This document shows, in pieces, positions 10,196 through 17,103 of a DNA stretch of 64,000 nucleotides (the first letter of the stretch is position 1; each line of letters begins with the position of its first letter). Below the pieces are notes generated by a model that saw only the letters and a program-made list of their open reading frames with translations, was not told the origin of the DNA and did not search any database. The stretch comes from Bacteroidales bacterium (GTDB lineage Bacteria; Bacteroidota; Bacteroidia; Bacteroidales; WCHB1-69), in NCBI GenBank assembly GCA_017506175.1, contig JAFVNW010000018.1, positions 1,056 to 65,055 of the forward strand. Reading direction: 5' to 3'. The position numbers were made by a program, and so were the translations under genes.

Positions 10196-10704
10196 TGCTA
10201 AATATTGTTCCCTCACAGCTTGCCGACCTTCCGGCTTTGATGCCCATCATTGCGCAAGGGCAGCGGCGTTTGCATGCGCGTGGTGTGGAGCAGTGGCAGG
10301 ATGGCTACCCGACGGAGGAGATCATCCGTTCCGATATTGAGCAAAATCACTGTTACACCATGCACTACGATGATGCGATTATGGGGGTGATGGTCATCTC
10401 CTTTGATGGAGAGCCCACTTATCAGCGCATTTATGAAGGTCAATGGATTACCGATGGCGATTCATTCGGTGTGGTGCATCGCATGGCGATTTCCGACGAG
10501 TTTGTCGGGCGAGGACTGGCAAAGGAGGCGTTTGCTTTTGCCGAAAATCTGGCGAAGGAGAAAGCCGTTGCCAGCGTCCGCGTCGATACTCACCGCGACA
10601 ACGTGGTGATGAACCAGCTGTTAAGGAAAATCGGATACACTTATTGCGGCATCATTTACCTGCTGAACGGGAAGGAGCGGCTGGCGTACGAGAAGCGGGT
10701 ATGA
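10195..10704 (+). CDS. GNAT family N-acetyltransferase
   Basis: 169 aa with the acetyl-CoA binding block HRMAISDEFVGRGLAKEAF. The start was taken at the ATG inside track ORF 9940-10704. Confidence 0.8.
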   Translation: MLNIVPSQLADLPALMPIIAQGQRRLHARGVEQWQDGYPTEEIIRSDIEQNHCYTMHYDDAIMGVMVISFDGEPTYQRIYEGQWITDGDSFGVVHRMAISDEFVGRGLAKEAFAFAENLAKEKAVASVRVDTHRDNVVMNQLLRKIGYTYCGIIYLLNGKERLAYEKRV

Positions 10705-10707
10705 ACT

Positions 10708-10757
10708 GTGGCCAGTGAACTGAAACGGGGAATCCTAAGTTCCAGTTCACTGGCCAC
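10708..10757. terminator. Bidirectional hairpin between convergent GNAT and acyl-CoA synthetase genes
   Basis: Perfect 15-bp inverted repeat GTGGCCAGTGAACTG ... CAGTTCACTGGCCAC with a 20-nt loop. Confidence 0.7.
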
Positions 10758-10781
10758 AAATTTCTGTTTACGTTTGATTTG

Positions 10782-12860
10782 TTATTTCGTCTTTTGGAGT
10801 CGGATTCTCGCGTCAACAGCGGTAACGTAGCGCGGATTGCCGAGCAGCGGGTTGAGGTCCATCTCCGCGATTTCGGGAGCGGCCTGCACCAGCGCGCTCA
10901 CGCGGGCAATCTGGTCGGCATACAGGTCGATGTTGACGGGTTCCTGCCCACGTACACCCTGCAGAATCTTGTAGCCGCGCAGTTTCGTCAGCATCTCCTT
11001 GGCCTCGTCAGCCGTGATGGGTGCCAATGCACTCTGCACGTCCTTCAGCACCTCGATGAAGATGCCGCCCAAGCCGAAGAACACCTGATGTCCGAACTTG
11101 TCGTCACGGATGGCGCCGATATACACGTCGGTACCGTCCAACATCGGGTACATCTCCACTGCGTAGGTGTCTTGGATAGCCATCAGGCGGTCGAACTCCT
11201 TGCTCACGGTGTCCAAATCCTTCACATTCAGCGTCACACCGCCCACATCGGATTTATGCAGCGGACCCACCACCTTCATTACGAGCGGCACATCCTTGCT
11301 ACAACCCACCTCCTTGGCGAAGGCGAGAGCATCCTCCTTCTTGGAGACTTCCACGGATTTCTTGCGGCTGATGCCGGCAGCATCCAGAAGCTCGTTATAA
11401 TCAGCAATTTCCATATAACCATCCTGACATCTGTCGATGGTGCGGCGGATGCGGGCCACGTCAATTTCGGGCTGCTCCACCACCTCGGGCTGTGGCTTCG
11501 GAGTATTGTAAACTTTGCACAATGCCTGACCGAACACGCACTCTTCGGGGAAGTTGATGCGGTGCTTGTTGGTGATGAAGTCGGCGATTTCGTCCTTCAC
11601 GTTGATGATGGAGGGCAGAATCGGGAAGATGGGTTTCTTGCAGGTCTTCATCTTCTGGTCGAGCACTTCATACACCTCCCAGTTGGCGAAAAGTCCGGGC
11701 GAGCCGAAGATGACGCACATGCAGTCGATGTTGTCGAAGTCGTTCTCGCAGGCATCGATGATGTAGCCGAGCTGTTCAGCAGTGCCGGTGGCGAGGACGT
11801 CGATGGGGTTGCCCACGGAGGAGCCACCAAAGAGCTTGCTGAGCAGTTCGTCGGCCTTCGGACCTTCGATGTGGGGAACGTCCATGCCGTTGTCCGACAG
11901 TACGTCGGTGAGCATCACGGCGGGGCCGCCGGCGTGGGTGATGACGGCCATGTTCTTGCCTTTCACCTCGGGGTGCATAAAGATGGCGCACACGGTGGTG
12001 AGTTCCTGACGGTTGTGGCAACGCACGATACCGGCCTTGCGGAAGAGGGCATCCACGGCGGCGTCGTTGGTGGCGAGGGCACCCGTGTGCGACGAGGCGG
12101 CGCGGCTGCCGGCGGCGGAACCGCCCGACTTGATGGCCGCAATCTTGCATCCCTTGTTGATGAGCGAGCGCGAGTGCTTCAGCATCTTCTGCGGGTCACT
12201 GATTTTTTCCATGTAAAGCATGATGACGCGGGAGGATTTCTCCGGGTCGAAGGTGGTGTCGAGGTGTTCGAGAACGTCCTCAATGCCCATCTGGGCGGAG
12301 TTGCCGACAGCCCACACGCTATTGAAAGTGAGGCCGTTGGAGATGCCGTACTCCTTGATGAAGACGGCGGTGGCACCCGAGCCTGTCACGAAATCCACGC
12401 CGTGCGGGTCGAGGGTAGGGATGGGGGTGTCGAACGCACCGCAGTAGTTGGTGTTGAGGAAGCCGGTGCAGTTGGGGCCGATGAGGCTGCCGCCCACACT
12501 GTTGATGGTGTCGGTGATGTGCTTCTCGTACTCGGCTCCCTGCTGGCTCTCTTCGCCGAAACCAGCGGAAACGATGATGAAACCGCGGGTGTTTTTCTCT
12601 TTCGCCAGAATGTCAACGGTGGCGGGGCAGTATTTGGCGGCGATGGCCAGAATGGCGCAATCCACCTCCGGCAGATCTTCCACCTTGGCATAGCAGTGAA
12701 TGCCCTGCACTTCCGACTCTTTTGGGTTCACGGCATAAATTTTGCCTTTGAAAGGACTATCCAATAGGTTTTTTACGAGTTTCCCACCAGGTTTGTGGAC
12801 ATCATTGGAAGCACCGACGATGACGATGCTCTGCGGATTTAACAATTTAGGATTGATCAT
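10782..12860 (-). CDS. Acetate--CoA ligase family protein (ADP-forming acyl-CoA synthetase, fused alpha/beta domains)
   Basis: 692 aa with an N-terminal CoA-binding block (IVIVGASNDVHKPGG), succinyl-CoA-synthetase-like middle domains and a C-terminal ATP-grasp. Confidence 0.85.
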   Translation of the reverse strand: MINPKLLNPQSIVIVGASNDVHKPGGKLVKNLLDSPFKGKIYAVNPKESEVQGIHCYAKVEDLPEVDCAILAIAAKYCPATVDILAKEKNTRGFIIVSAGFGEESQQGAEYEKHITDTINSVGGSLIGPNCTGFLNTNYCGAFDTPIPTLDPHGVDFVTGSGATAVFIKEYGISNGLTFNSVWAVGNSAQMGIEDVLEHLDTTFDPEKSSRVIMLYMEKISDPQKMLKHSRSLINKGCKIAAIKSGGSAAGSRAASSHTGALATNDAAVDALFRKAGIVRCHNRQELTTVCAIFMHPEVKGKNMAVITHAGGPAVMLTDVLSDNGMDVPHIEGPKADELLSKLFGGSSVGNPIDVLATGTAEQLGYIIDACENDFDNIDCMCVIFGSPGLFANWEVYEVLDQKMKTCKKPIFPILPSIINVKDEIADFITNKHRINFPEECVFGQALCKVYNTPKPQPEVVEQPEIDVARIRRTIDRCQDGYMEIADYNELLDAAGISRKKSVEVSKKEDALAFAKEVGCSKDVPLVMKVVGPLHKSDVGGVTLNVKDLDTVSKEFDRLMAIQDTYAVEMYPMLDGTDVYIGAIRDDKFGHQVFFGLGGIFIEVLKDVQSALAPITADEAKEMLTKLRGYKILQGVRGQEPVNIDLYADQIARVSALVQAAPEIAEMDLNPLLGNPRYVTAVDARIRLQKTK

Positions 12861-12894
12861 ATTATGAAGTATTTATAAATTTTCAAACAGGCGG

Positions 12895-12902
12895 CAAAGT
12901 TA
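12895..12902 (-). promoter_or_regulatory. -7 promoter box (TAACTTTG, minus strand) for the acyl-CoA synthetase gene
   Basis: CAAAGTTA on the plus strand, 35 nt upstream of the ATG at 12860. Confidence 0.5.
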
Positions 12903-12949
12903 CGATTAAAATTGGAATTAGTCCTTGTGGAAAAGAAAATAACTTTTTG

Positions 12950-12957
12950 TATCTTTG
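12950..12957 (+). promoter_or_regulatory. -7 promoter box (TATCTTTG) driving the long structured leader ahead of the HTH gene
   Basis: Exact TAnnTTTG match on the plus strand. No coding sequence follows for about 250 nt. Confidence 0.45.
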
Positions 12958-13039
12958 CGCCGTTTTTAAACACCGAATAAAAATCATTTTACAAACCTAA
13001 AAACATAACGAGCAGAATCTAAACAACAATATACATAAT

Positions 13040-13213
13040 AGATAGCGTTTGTGGCTATCCTTGACTCTCATTTTCCACAACGTCCTCTTTTTGAGGACAA
13101 ACCAATCAAGGATAAGTTGCCGATGCCGTAAATGTTACGGCGTGGAATACTTGTTAGATTGGTGGGCGTGGAAACCCGAGAGTCAGGCAAGGAACAAATT
13201 CCACGCTTTTTTT
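13040..13213 (+). promoter_or_regulatory. Candidate structured leader / attenuator RNA ending in a T7 tract
   Basis: Nested hairpins: GATAGC/GCTATC at 13041-13059, ATCCTTGA/TCAAGGAT at 13057-13113 enclosing GTCCTC/GAGGAC at 13082-13098, and GCCGTAA/TTACGGC at 13125-13141. Two copies of GCGTGGAA (13140-13147 and 13166-13173) can each pair with TTCCACGC (13199-13206), which is followed by TTTTTTT (13207-13213). Confidence 0.35.
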
Positions 13214-13555
13214 ATGGCATTGGAGCAACGCAAGGATATGGAGCACAGCGAGGTACATATCGGCAAATTGGTGAAGGCGGTTTTCGACGGCAGCGGCCTG
13301 ACCGTGGCGGAGCTGGCGCGGCGGCTGCACTGCGAGCGCACCAATGTCTATACCATCTTCCGCCGCCGCTCCATCGACGTGGAACTGTTGGCCCGCCTTT
13401 CCAACATACTGGGCCACAACTTCCTCGATGACGCCATGCGGTTGTATGGCCTTTCCGCTCCCTCATTAAATCTCACCCTCCGCCTTGACCATCTTTCCGC
13501 CGAGAAGCTCTCCCGCCTGTCGGCACTGCTTGCTGAATTACAGACAGAAACGTGA
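13214..13555 (+). CDS. Small helix-turn-helix protein (putative transcriptional regulator)
   Basis: LTVAELARRLHCERTNVYTIFRRRSID is a classic HTH. The ATG at 13214 immediately follows the T-tract; an alternative ATG is at 13238. The 168-aa track version would read through the structured leader. Confidence 0.55.
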   Translation: MALEQRKDMEHSEVHIGKLVKAVFDGSGLTVAELARRLHCERTNVYTIFRRRSIDVELLARLSNILGHNFLDDAMRLYGLSAPSLNLTLRLDHLSAEKLSRLSALLAELQTET

Positions 13556-13621
13556 TTTTATTTCTACAAAAGCGTGAGAATTAATCACGGATAAGGTAAC
13601 GGTGGCAAGAGGCGGGTGGAG

Positions 13622-13629
13622 TATTTTTG
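13622..13629 (+). promoter_or_regulatory. -7 promoter box (TATTTTTG) upstream of the radical SAM gene
   Basis: Exact TAnnTTTG match about 65 nt upstream of the ATG at 13694. The coordinate is anchored on the track frame and may be off by 1 nt. Confidence 0.45.
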
Positions 13630-13693
13630 CAAGTTGAATTGTGTTTTGTTGATTGTTTTTAATAATCAGCAATATAGCAATTGTAATTGGTAT

Positions 13694-15028
13694 ATGAAAG
13701 TCGAAAAGCGATATTTGTCACTCCCCTTGACGGCGCAGTTGGAAATCACCGATTTCTGCAACCATCGGTGCATTCATTGCTATAACCTTGACTCGGCAGT
13801 GGAAAACCGTCCGATGCGCAAGGTGAGTGACGAAACCGTGTTGACCTGTGCGCAAAAACTGATTGAAAGCCAGATTTTCAGTGTTATTGTTACGGGTGGA
13901 GAACCGCTGATAAAGAAAGAACTCACGCAAAAGGTCATCCGCCTGCTGAAAGAGAACAGGGTGCGCGTGTCGCTCAACTCCAACCTCACCCTTGCGGACG
14001 ATGACTTTATCCAATTCCTGAAAGAGCAGCAGGTCGGTGTGCTGACATCTTGTCCTTCCGGCGAGAGTTGTTCGTTTTCAAGGCTCACGGGTACAGACAA
14101 TTACCCGCTTTTTGAGACCAATATCCGAAAATTGGTTTCGGCTGGGGTACGTTTCACCGTAAACATGGTGGTGACCAAAGAGAACCTGCACGAAGTGCGG
14201 ACGACTGCCGAAAGGATGAAGGCGTTGGGTTGCAAGTCGTTTGCAGCTACCCCGATGGGGCTGAACGTGGAATATCCCCGCCTTGACCTTCTGCTCAGTG
14301 TGGAGGAGGTGCGTGGGGTGATTGCCGACCTGCTATGGATTGAAGAACATTTGAAGATGAAGGTGGACATTCTGGAGGCACTGCCCAAGTGCGTGTTCCC
14401 GGAAAGCGTTTTGAAAGGGAAGCACGCTTTTCTGAACAGGAAGTGCCAGGCTGGGCGGACGGTGATTGCCGTATCGTGTAGCGGCGATGTGCGCCCCTGC
14501 GCCCACAATCCCTACTCGTATGGAAATCTTTTGAAAGAGGAGTTACGCGACATTTGGCAGAAGATGAGCGACTGGCGTTCCCTGCAATACATTCCCGAAG
14601 AGTGCATGGACTGCGCCTGGCTCAACCGCTGCAACGGCGGCTGCCGCACCAGTGCCAAAGTATATAGCGGCGATTGGAACAGGAAAGACATGTGGTGTAC
14701 AGAAAAATTGACGCCCCCGCTGCCGGATAACACCCCAAAAAACATTGAATTGAAACCTGAAACGAGACTGCAATTTTCATCGGAAATCAGGGTGCGGGAA
14801 GAAGACGACGAGGCGTATGTGGTTTACAATGTGGAAGATGATTTCTTCTTTATGGTTAATTATGCTTATTACGACTTTATCATGGATTTGAAGAAACAAG
14901 GCAGTTTCTCTTTTGGTGAGTTATGCCAAACGAACCATTTTTCGCCCGACATCCCACAAATTCAGGATGCCATCGCATTTTTGATAAAAAAGAAAGTGCT
15001 CAAAATAATAGACAAAAACTTAAACTGA
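13694..15028 (+). CDS. Radical SAM / SPASM-domain enzyme, candidate peptide maturase with a C-terminal PqqD-like (RRE-like) extension
   Basis: CX3CX2C motif at residues 22-29 (FCNHRCIHC). Full SPASM cysteine pattern: CQAGRTVIAVSCSGDVRPC (C-X12-G-X4-C), CMDCAWLNRCNGGC (CX2CX5CX3C), then a later C in DMWC. About 100 further aa follow. The stop overlaps the ATG of a Cys-rich mini-ORF. Confidence 0.85.
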   Translation: MKVEKRYLSLPLTAQLEITDFCNHRCIHCYNLDSAVENRPMRKVSDETVLTCAQKLIESQIFSVIVTGGEPLIKKELTQKVIRLLKENRVRVSLNSNLTLADDDFIQFLKEQQVGVLTSCPSGESCSFSRLTGTDNYPLFETNIRKLVSAGVRFTVNMVVTKENLHEVRTTAERMKALGCKSFAATPMGLNVEYPRLDLLLSVEEVRGVIADLLWIEEHLKMKVDILEALPKCVFPESVLKGKHAFLNRKCQAGRTVIAVSCSGDVRPCAHNPYSYGNLLKEELRDIWQKMSDWRSLQYIPEECMDCAWLNRCNGGCRTSAKVYSGDWNRKDMWCTEKLTPPLPDNTPKNIELKPETRLQFSSEIRVREEDDEAYVVYNVEDDFFFMVNYAYYDFIMDLKKQGSFSFGELCQTNHFSPDIPQIQDAIAFLIKKKVLKIIDKNLN

Positions 15029-15204
15029 TGAATATGAATAAGAAAACAGAAAAACAGGAAATGGTTGCATACGATTTCAGCAACCTTGAACTACAAGAAA
15101 ATAGCAGAGGGAATTGCTTCGGAACCTGTGATTCTTGTGATGAAAACACAGGTGGCTGTAATTGTGACTGCGATTCTAATGACTGTGATTGTAATGAATA
15201 CTGA
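15028..15204 (+). CDS. Candidate RiPP precursor peptide A (58 aa, Cys/Asp-rich C-terminus)
   Basis: MNMNKKTEKQEMVAYDFSNLELQENSRGNCFGTCDSCDENTGGCNCDCDSNDCDCNEY. The start overlaps the rSAM stop (TGATG). It is paralogous to the next mini-ORF, with synonymous codon differences in the conserved blocks. Confidence 0.75.
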   Translation: MNMNKKTEKQEMVAYDFSNLELQENSRGNCFGTCDSCDENTGGCNCDCDSNDCDCNEY

Positions 15205-15225
15205 CATAATTAAAAAACTTATTTT

Positions 15226-15387
15226 ATGAATACAATTTTGAATTTGGAAGAATCAGTCGTTTATGACTTTAGTGATTTGAACTATCAAGTGAGCAGCACG
15301 GGGAACTGTTTCGGGTGTGATTCGTGCGATTCAGGAGACTGTGACAGTTGTGACAGTTGCGATTGCGACTGTGACAGTAATTGGTAA
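15226..15387 (+). CDS. Candidate RiPP precursor peptide B (53 aa, Cys/Asp-rich C-terminus)
   Basis: MNTILNLEESVVYDFSDLNYQVSSTGNCFGCDSCDSGDCDSCDSCDCDCDSNW. It is below the ORF-track length cut-off. It shares YDFS-L--Q--S-GNCFG-CDSCD...CDCDSN with peptide A. Confidence 0.75.
   Translation: MNTILNLEESVVYDFSDLNYQVSSTGNCFGCDSCDSGDCDSCDSCDCDCDSNW
15340..15378 (+). repeat. In-frame 9-nt tandem repeat TGTGACAGT (x2 adjacent, third copy 12 nt later) encoding Cys-Asp-Ser units
   Basis: TGTGACAGT at 15340-15348, 15349-15357 and 15370-15378, separated by TGCGATTGCGAC. Confidence 0.8.
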
Positions 15388-15405
15388 AATAAAAATACGT
15401 GAAAG

Positions 15406-16128
15406 ATGAAAAAAGAGAAATTTAAACTATACACAATCATAGCTATGGTTGTGGTCTTTATGTTGTGGCTGTTATTTTTGCTAATACCCGGTTCCCAACT
15501 TATTGCGGGCAAGGTAGTTTGTGACAGTGTTAATGCCGCCTACGTTATGGCGGGTGCTCTTTTTACAGGCCTGGCATTTGCTGCCACCTATATTTCATTG
15601 CTTATGCAAAACAAAAGACTAAAGGAACAGTTGGAGATGGACACCTTATCCAATAGTATCAGTTTGATTCTTAATTCCGATAGGTTCCGTGAAAGTCGTA
15701 AATATGTATTGTCCAAGACTTTCATTAAACATATTGAGATTTTAAAGAGAATGAAAGGGGATGCACCGATCTGTATTGAAGATTGGAAAGATTTGGACAA
15801 TGAAGGAAATGACAGCAGTAGTAGGGACAAGGATACCAATAGCTATGGGAATTATGAAAAACTGATATTCTTCTGTAGCAGAATGGAATATATGGGCATT
15901 ATTTTGAAAAATAAGGGAATTGACAACACCTTCTTGGATTATTTTGGGAACACAATTATTTTGTCATACCAAAGATTGGAGCCGTATATAAAAAATTCCC
16001 GGGAACAAATCGGCATTACCTCCTATTTCCATTATACATATCTGTATTATTTGGCAAAACAAAGAGAACCTATTTTGGAGCAAGAATGTAAGGATTTGCT
16101 CAATAAAGTAGTAGAAAGTAAGATATAA
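15406..16128 (+). CDS. Two-TM membrane protein of unknown function
   Basis: 240 aa. There are two N-terminal hydrophobic helices (IIAMVVVFMLWLLFLLI, AGALFTGLAFAATYISLLM) followed by a hydrophilic ~170-aa domain. The gene is markedly AT-rich. It is 18 nt downstream of peptide B with no intervening terminator. Confidence 0.65.
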   Translation: MKKEKFKLYTIIAMVVVFMLWLLFLLIPGSQLIAGKVVCDSVNAAYVMAGALFTGLAFAATYISLLMQNKRLKEQLEMDTLSNSISLILNSDRFRESRKYVLSKTFIKHIEILKRMKGDAPICIEDWKDLDNEGNDSSSRDKDTNSYGNYEKLIFFCSRMEYMGIILKNKGIDNTFLDYFGNTIILSYQRLEPYIKNSREQIGITSYFHYTYLYYLAKQREPILEQECKDLLNKVVESKI

Positions 16129-16171
16129 GAATTTTATAATCAACAAATTAAATAATAAATTTTATCACACA

Positions 16172-17065
16172 ATGAAAAAAGCAAAAGGAATCTTATTGGC
16201 AATTATTATGTTGTTGTTATCGCCGGCAATGAATGCACAGCGTTGTGCGGTGCTGGAGTTTAAAGCGGGAGTGGGAATCTCCCAAAACGATGTGGATGGA
16301 ATTTCCGCCATCTTTATCACCTATTTCCGTCCAAACGGCTATACTATGGTGGAAAGGACGCAGATAGACAAGGTTATTGATGAACAGGGCTTTCAGCGTT
16401 CCAAGATGACGCAGTCGCAAATGGTGCGTGTGGGGCAGATTTTAAATGTCTCGAAAATCGTGGTGGGCGACATCAATGTGGTAATGGGGCAATACAATGT
16501 GGATGTGCGGGTCATCAATGTTGAGACAGGCACAATATCTGCCACCGAAGGAGCCACGTTTGCTACATCGTCCTACCGTTCCAGCATGCAAAGTGTGGCG
16601 CAGAAATTGGCGGCCAAGATTGCCATCACGCCAGGCAGCACGGTACAGGCGCAGCAGCCAAGTGCACAGCAGTGGATAGATTTGGGGTTGCCCAGTGGTA
16701 CACTTTGGAAGTCTGCCAATGAAAAAGGGGGATTCTATACATACGAGGAAGCAGTAAGCAAATTCGGGAACAAGTTGCCAACCAGAGAACAATTGGAAGA
16801 ATTGAAAGGTATGTGTACTTGGACGTGGACAGGAAGAGGTTATAAAGTGACAGGGGGTAATGGCAACTCCATCGTTCTGCCCGCTGCGGGCTACCGCGGT
16901 TGCAATGGCAGTGTGAACTACGTGGGGTCCTACGGCACCTATTGGTCGTCCACGCCCAAAGACTCGGACTACGCTTGGTACCTCGGCATTAATTCGTCGG
17001 GAGTGGGCATGCTCGACAGCAACCGTTGCGACGGTCAATCCGTGCGCCTCGTCCAAGGTCAATGA
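16172..17065 (+). CDS. Secreted protein: CsgG/LpoB-like N-terminal domain fused to a Fibrobacter-succinogenes-major-paralogous (FISUMP)-like C-terminal domain
   Basis: Signal peptide (LLLSPAMNAQ). The N-terminal block AVLEFKAG...MVERTQIDKVIDEQGFQ...KIVVGDI...YNVDVRVINVETG resembles CsgG-like modules. The C-terminal WIDLGLPSGTLW...YWSSTP...YAWYLG...GQSVRLVQ resembles FISUMP/DUF1566-type domains. Confidence 0.6.
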   Translation: MKKAKGILLAIIMLLLSPAMNAQRCAVLEFKAGVGISQNDVDGISAIFITYFRPNGYTMVERTQIDKVIDEQGFQRSKMTQSQMVRVGQILNVSKIVVGDINVVMGQYNVDVRVINVETGTISATEGATFATSSYRSSMQSVAQKLAAKIAITPGSTVQAQQPSAQQWIDLGLPSGTLWKSANEKGGFYTYEEAVSKFGNKLPTREQLEELKGMCTWTWTGRGYKVTGGNGNSIVLPAAGYRGCNGSVNYVGSYGTYWSSTPKDSDYAWYLGINSSGVGMLDSNRCDGQSVRLVQGQ

Positions 17066-17103
17066 TTGCGCGCGCCAGAGCGCAATCGCAAGGCATTAAA
17101 ATA

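Noticed and set aside
10779-12767. 662-aa plus-strand ORF
   Set aside because: It is exactly antisense to the well-supported acyl-CoA synthetase gene. Its product is Gly/Val/His/Ala-rich low-complexity sequence, which is typical of a shadow ORF in G+C-rich coding DNA.
13049-13555. 168-aa long form of the HTH ORF (TTG start)
   Set aside because: The first 55 codons run through the hairpin-dense leader and a T7 tract, and they read as Cys/Arg/Trp-rich nonsense. The HTH domain begins after the ATG at 13214 or 13238.
14923-15204. 93-aa version of precursor peptide A given in the ORF track
   Set aside because: Its first 35 codons overlap the 3' end of the radical SAM gene in another frame and bear no resemblance to peptide B. 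The ATG at 15028, which overlaps the rSAM stop codon, gives a peptide collinear with its paralog.
15316-15384. Short tandem repeats considered as a CRISPR array or non-coding microsatellite
   Set aside because: The units are 9 nt, in frame, without spacers, and lie inside a conserved mini-ORF. This is not a CRISPR array.
15285-15512. 75-aa minus-strand ORF containing SQSQSQLSQLSQSPESHESH
   Set aside because: The Ser/Gln repeat is simply the reverse-complement reading of the TGTGAC(AGT) Cys-Asp-Ser repeats of precursor peptide B. It also runs into the start of the 2-TM gene. The plus-strand reading is supported by the paralog comparison.
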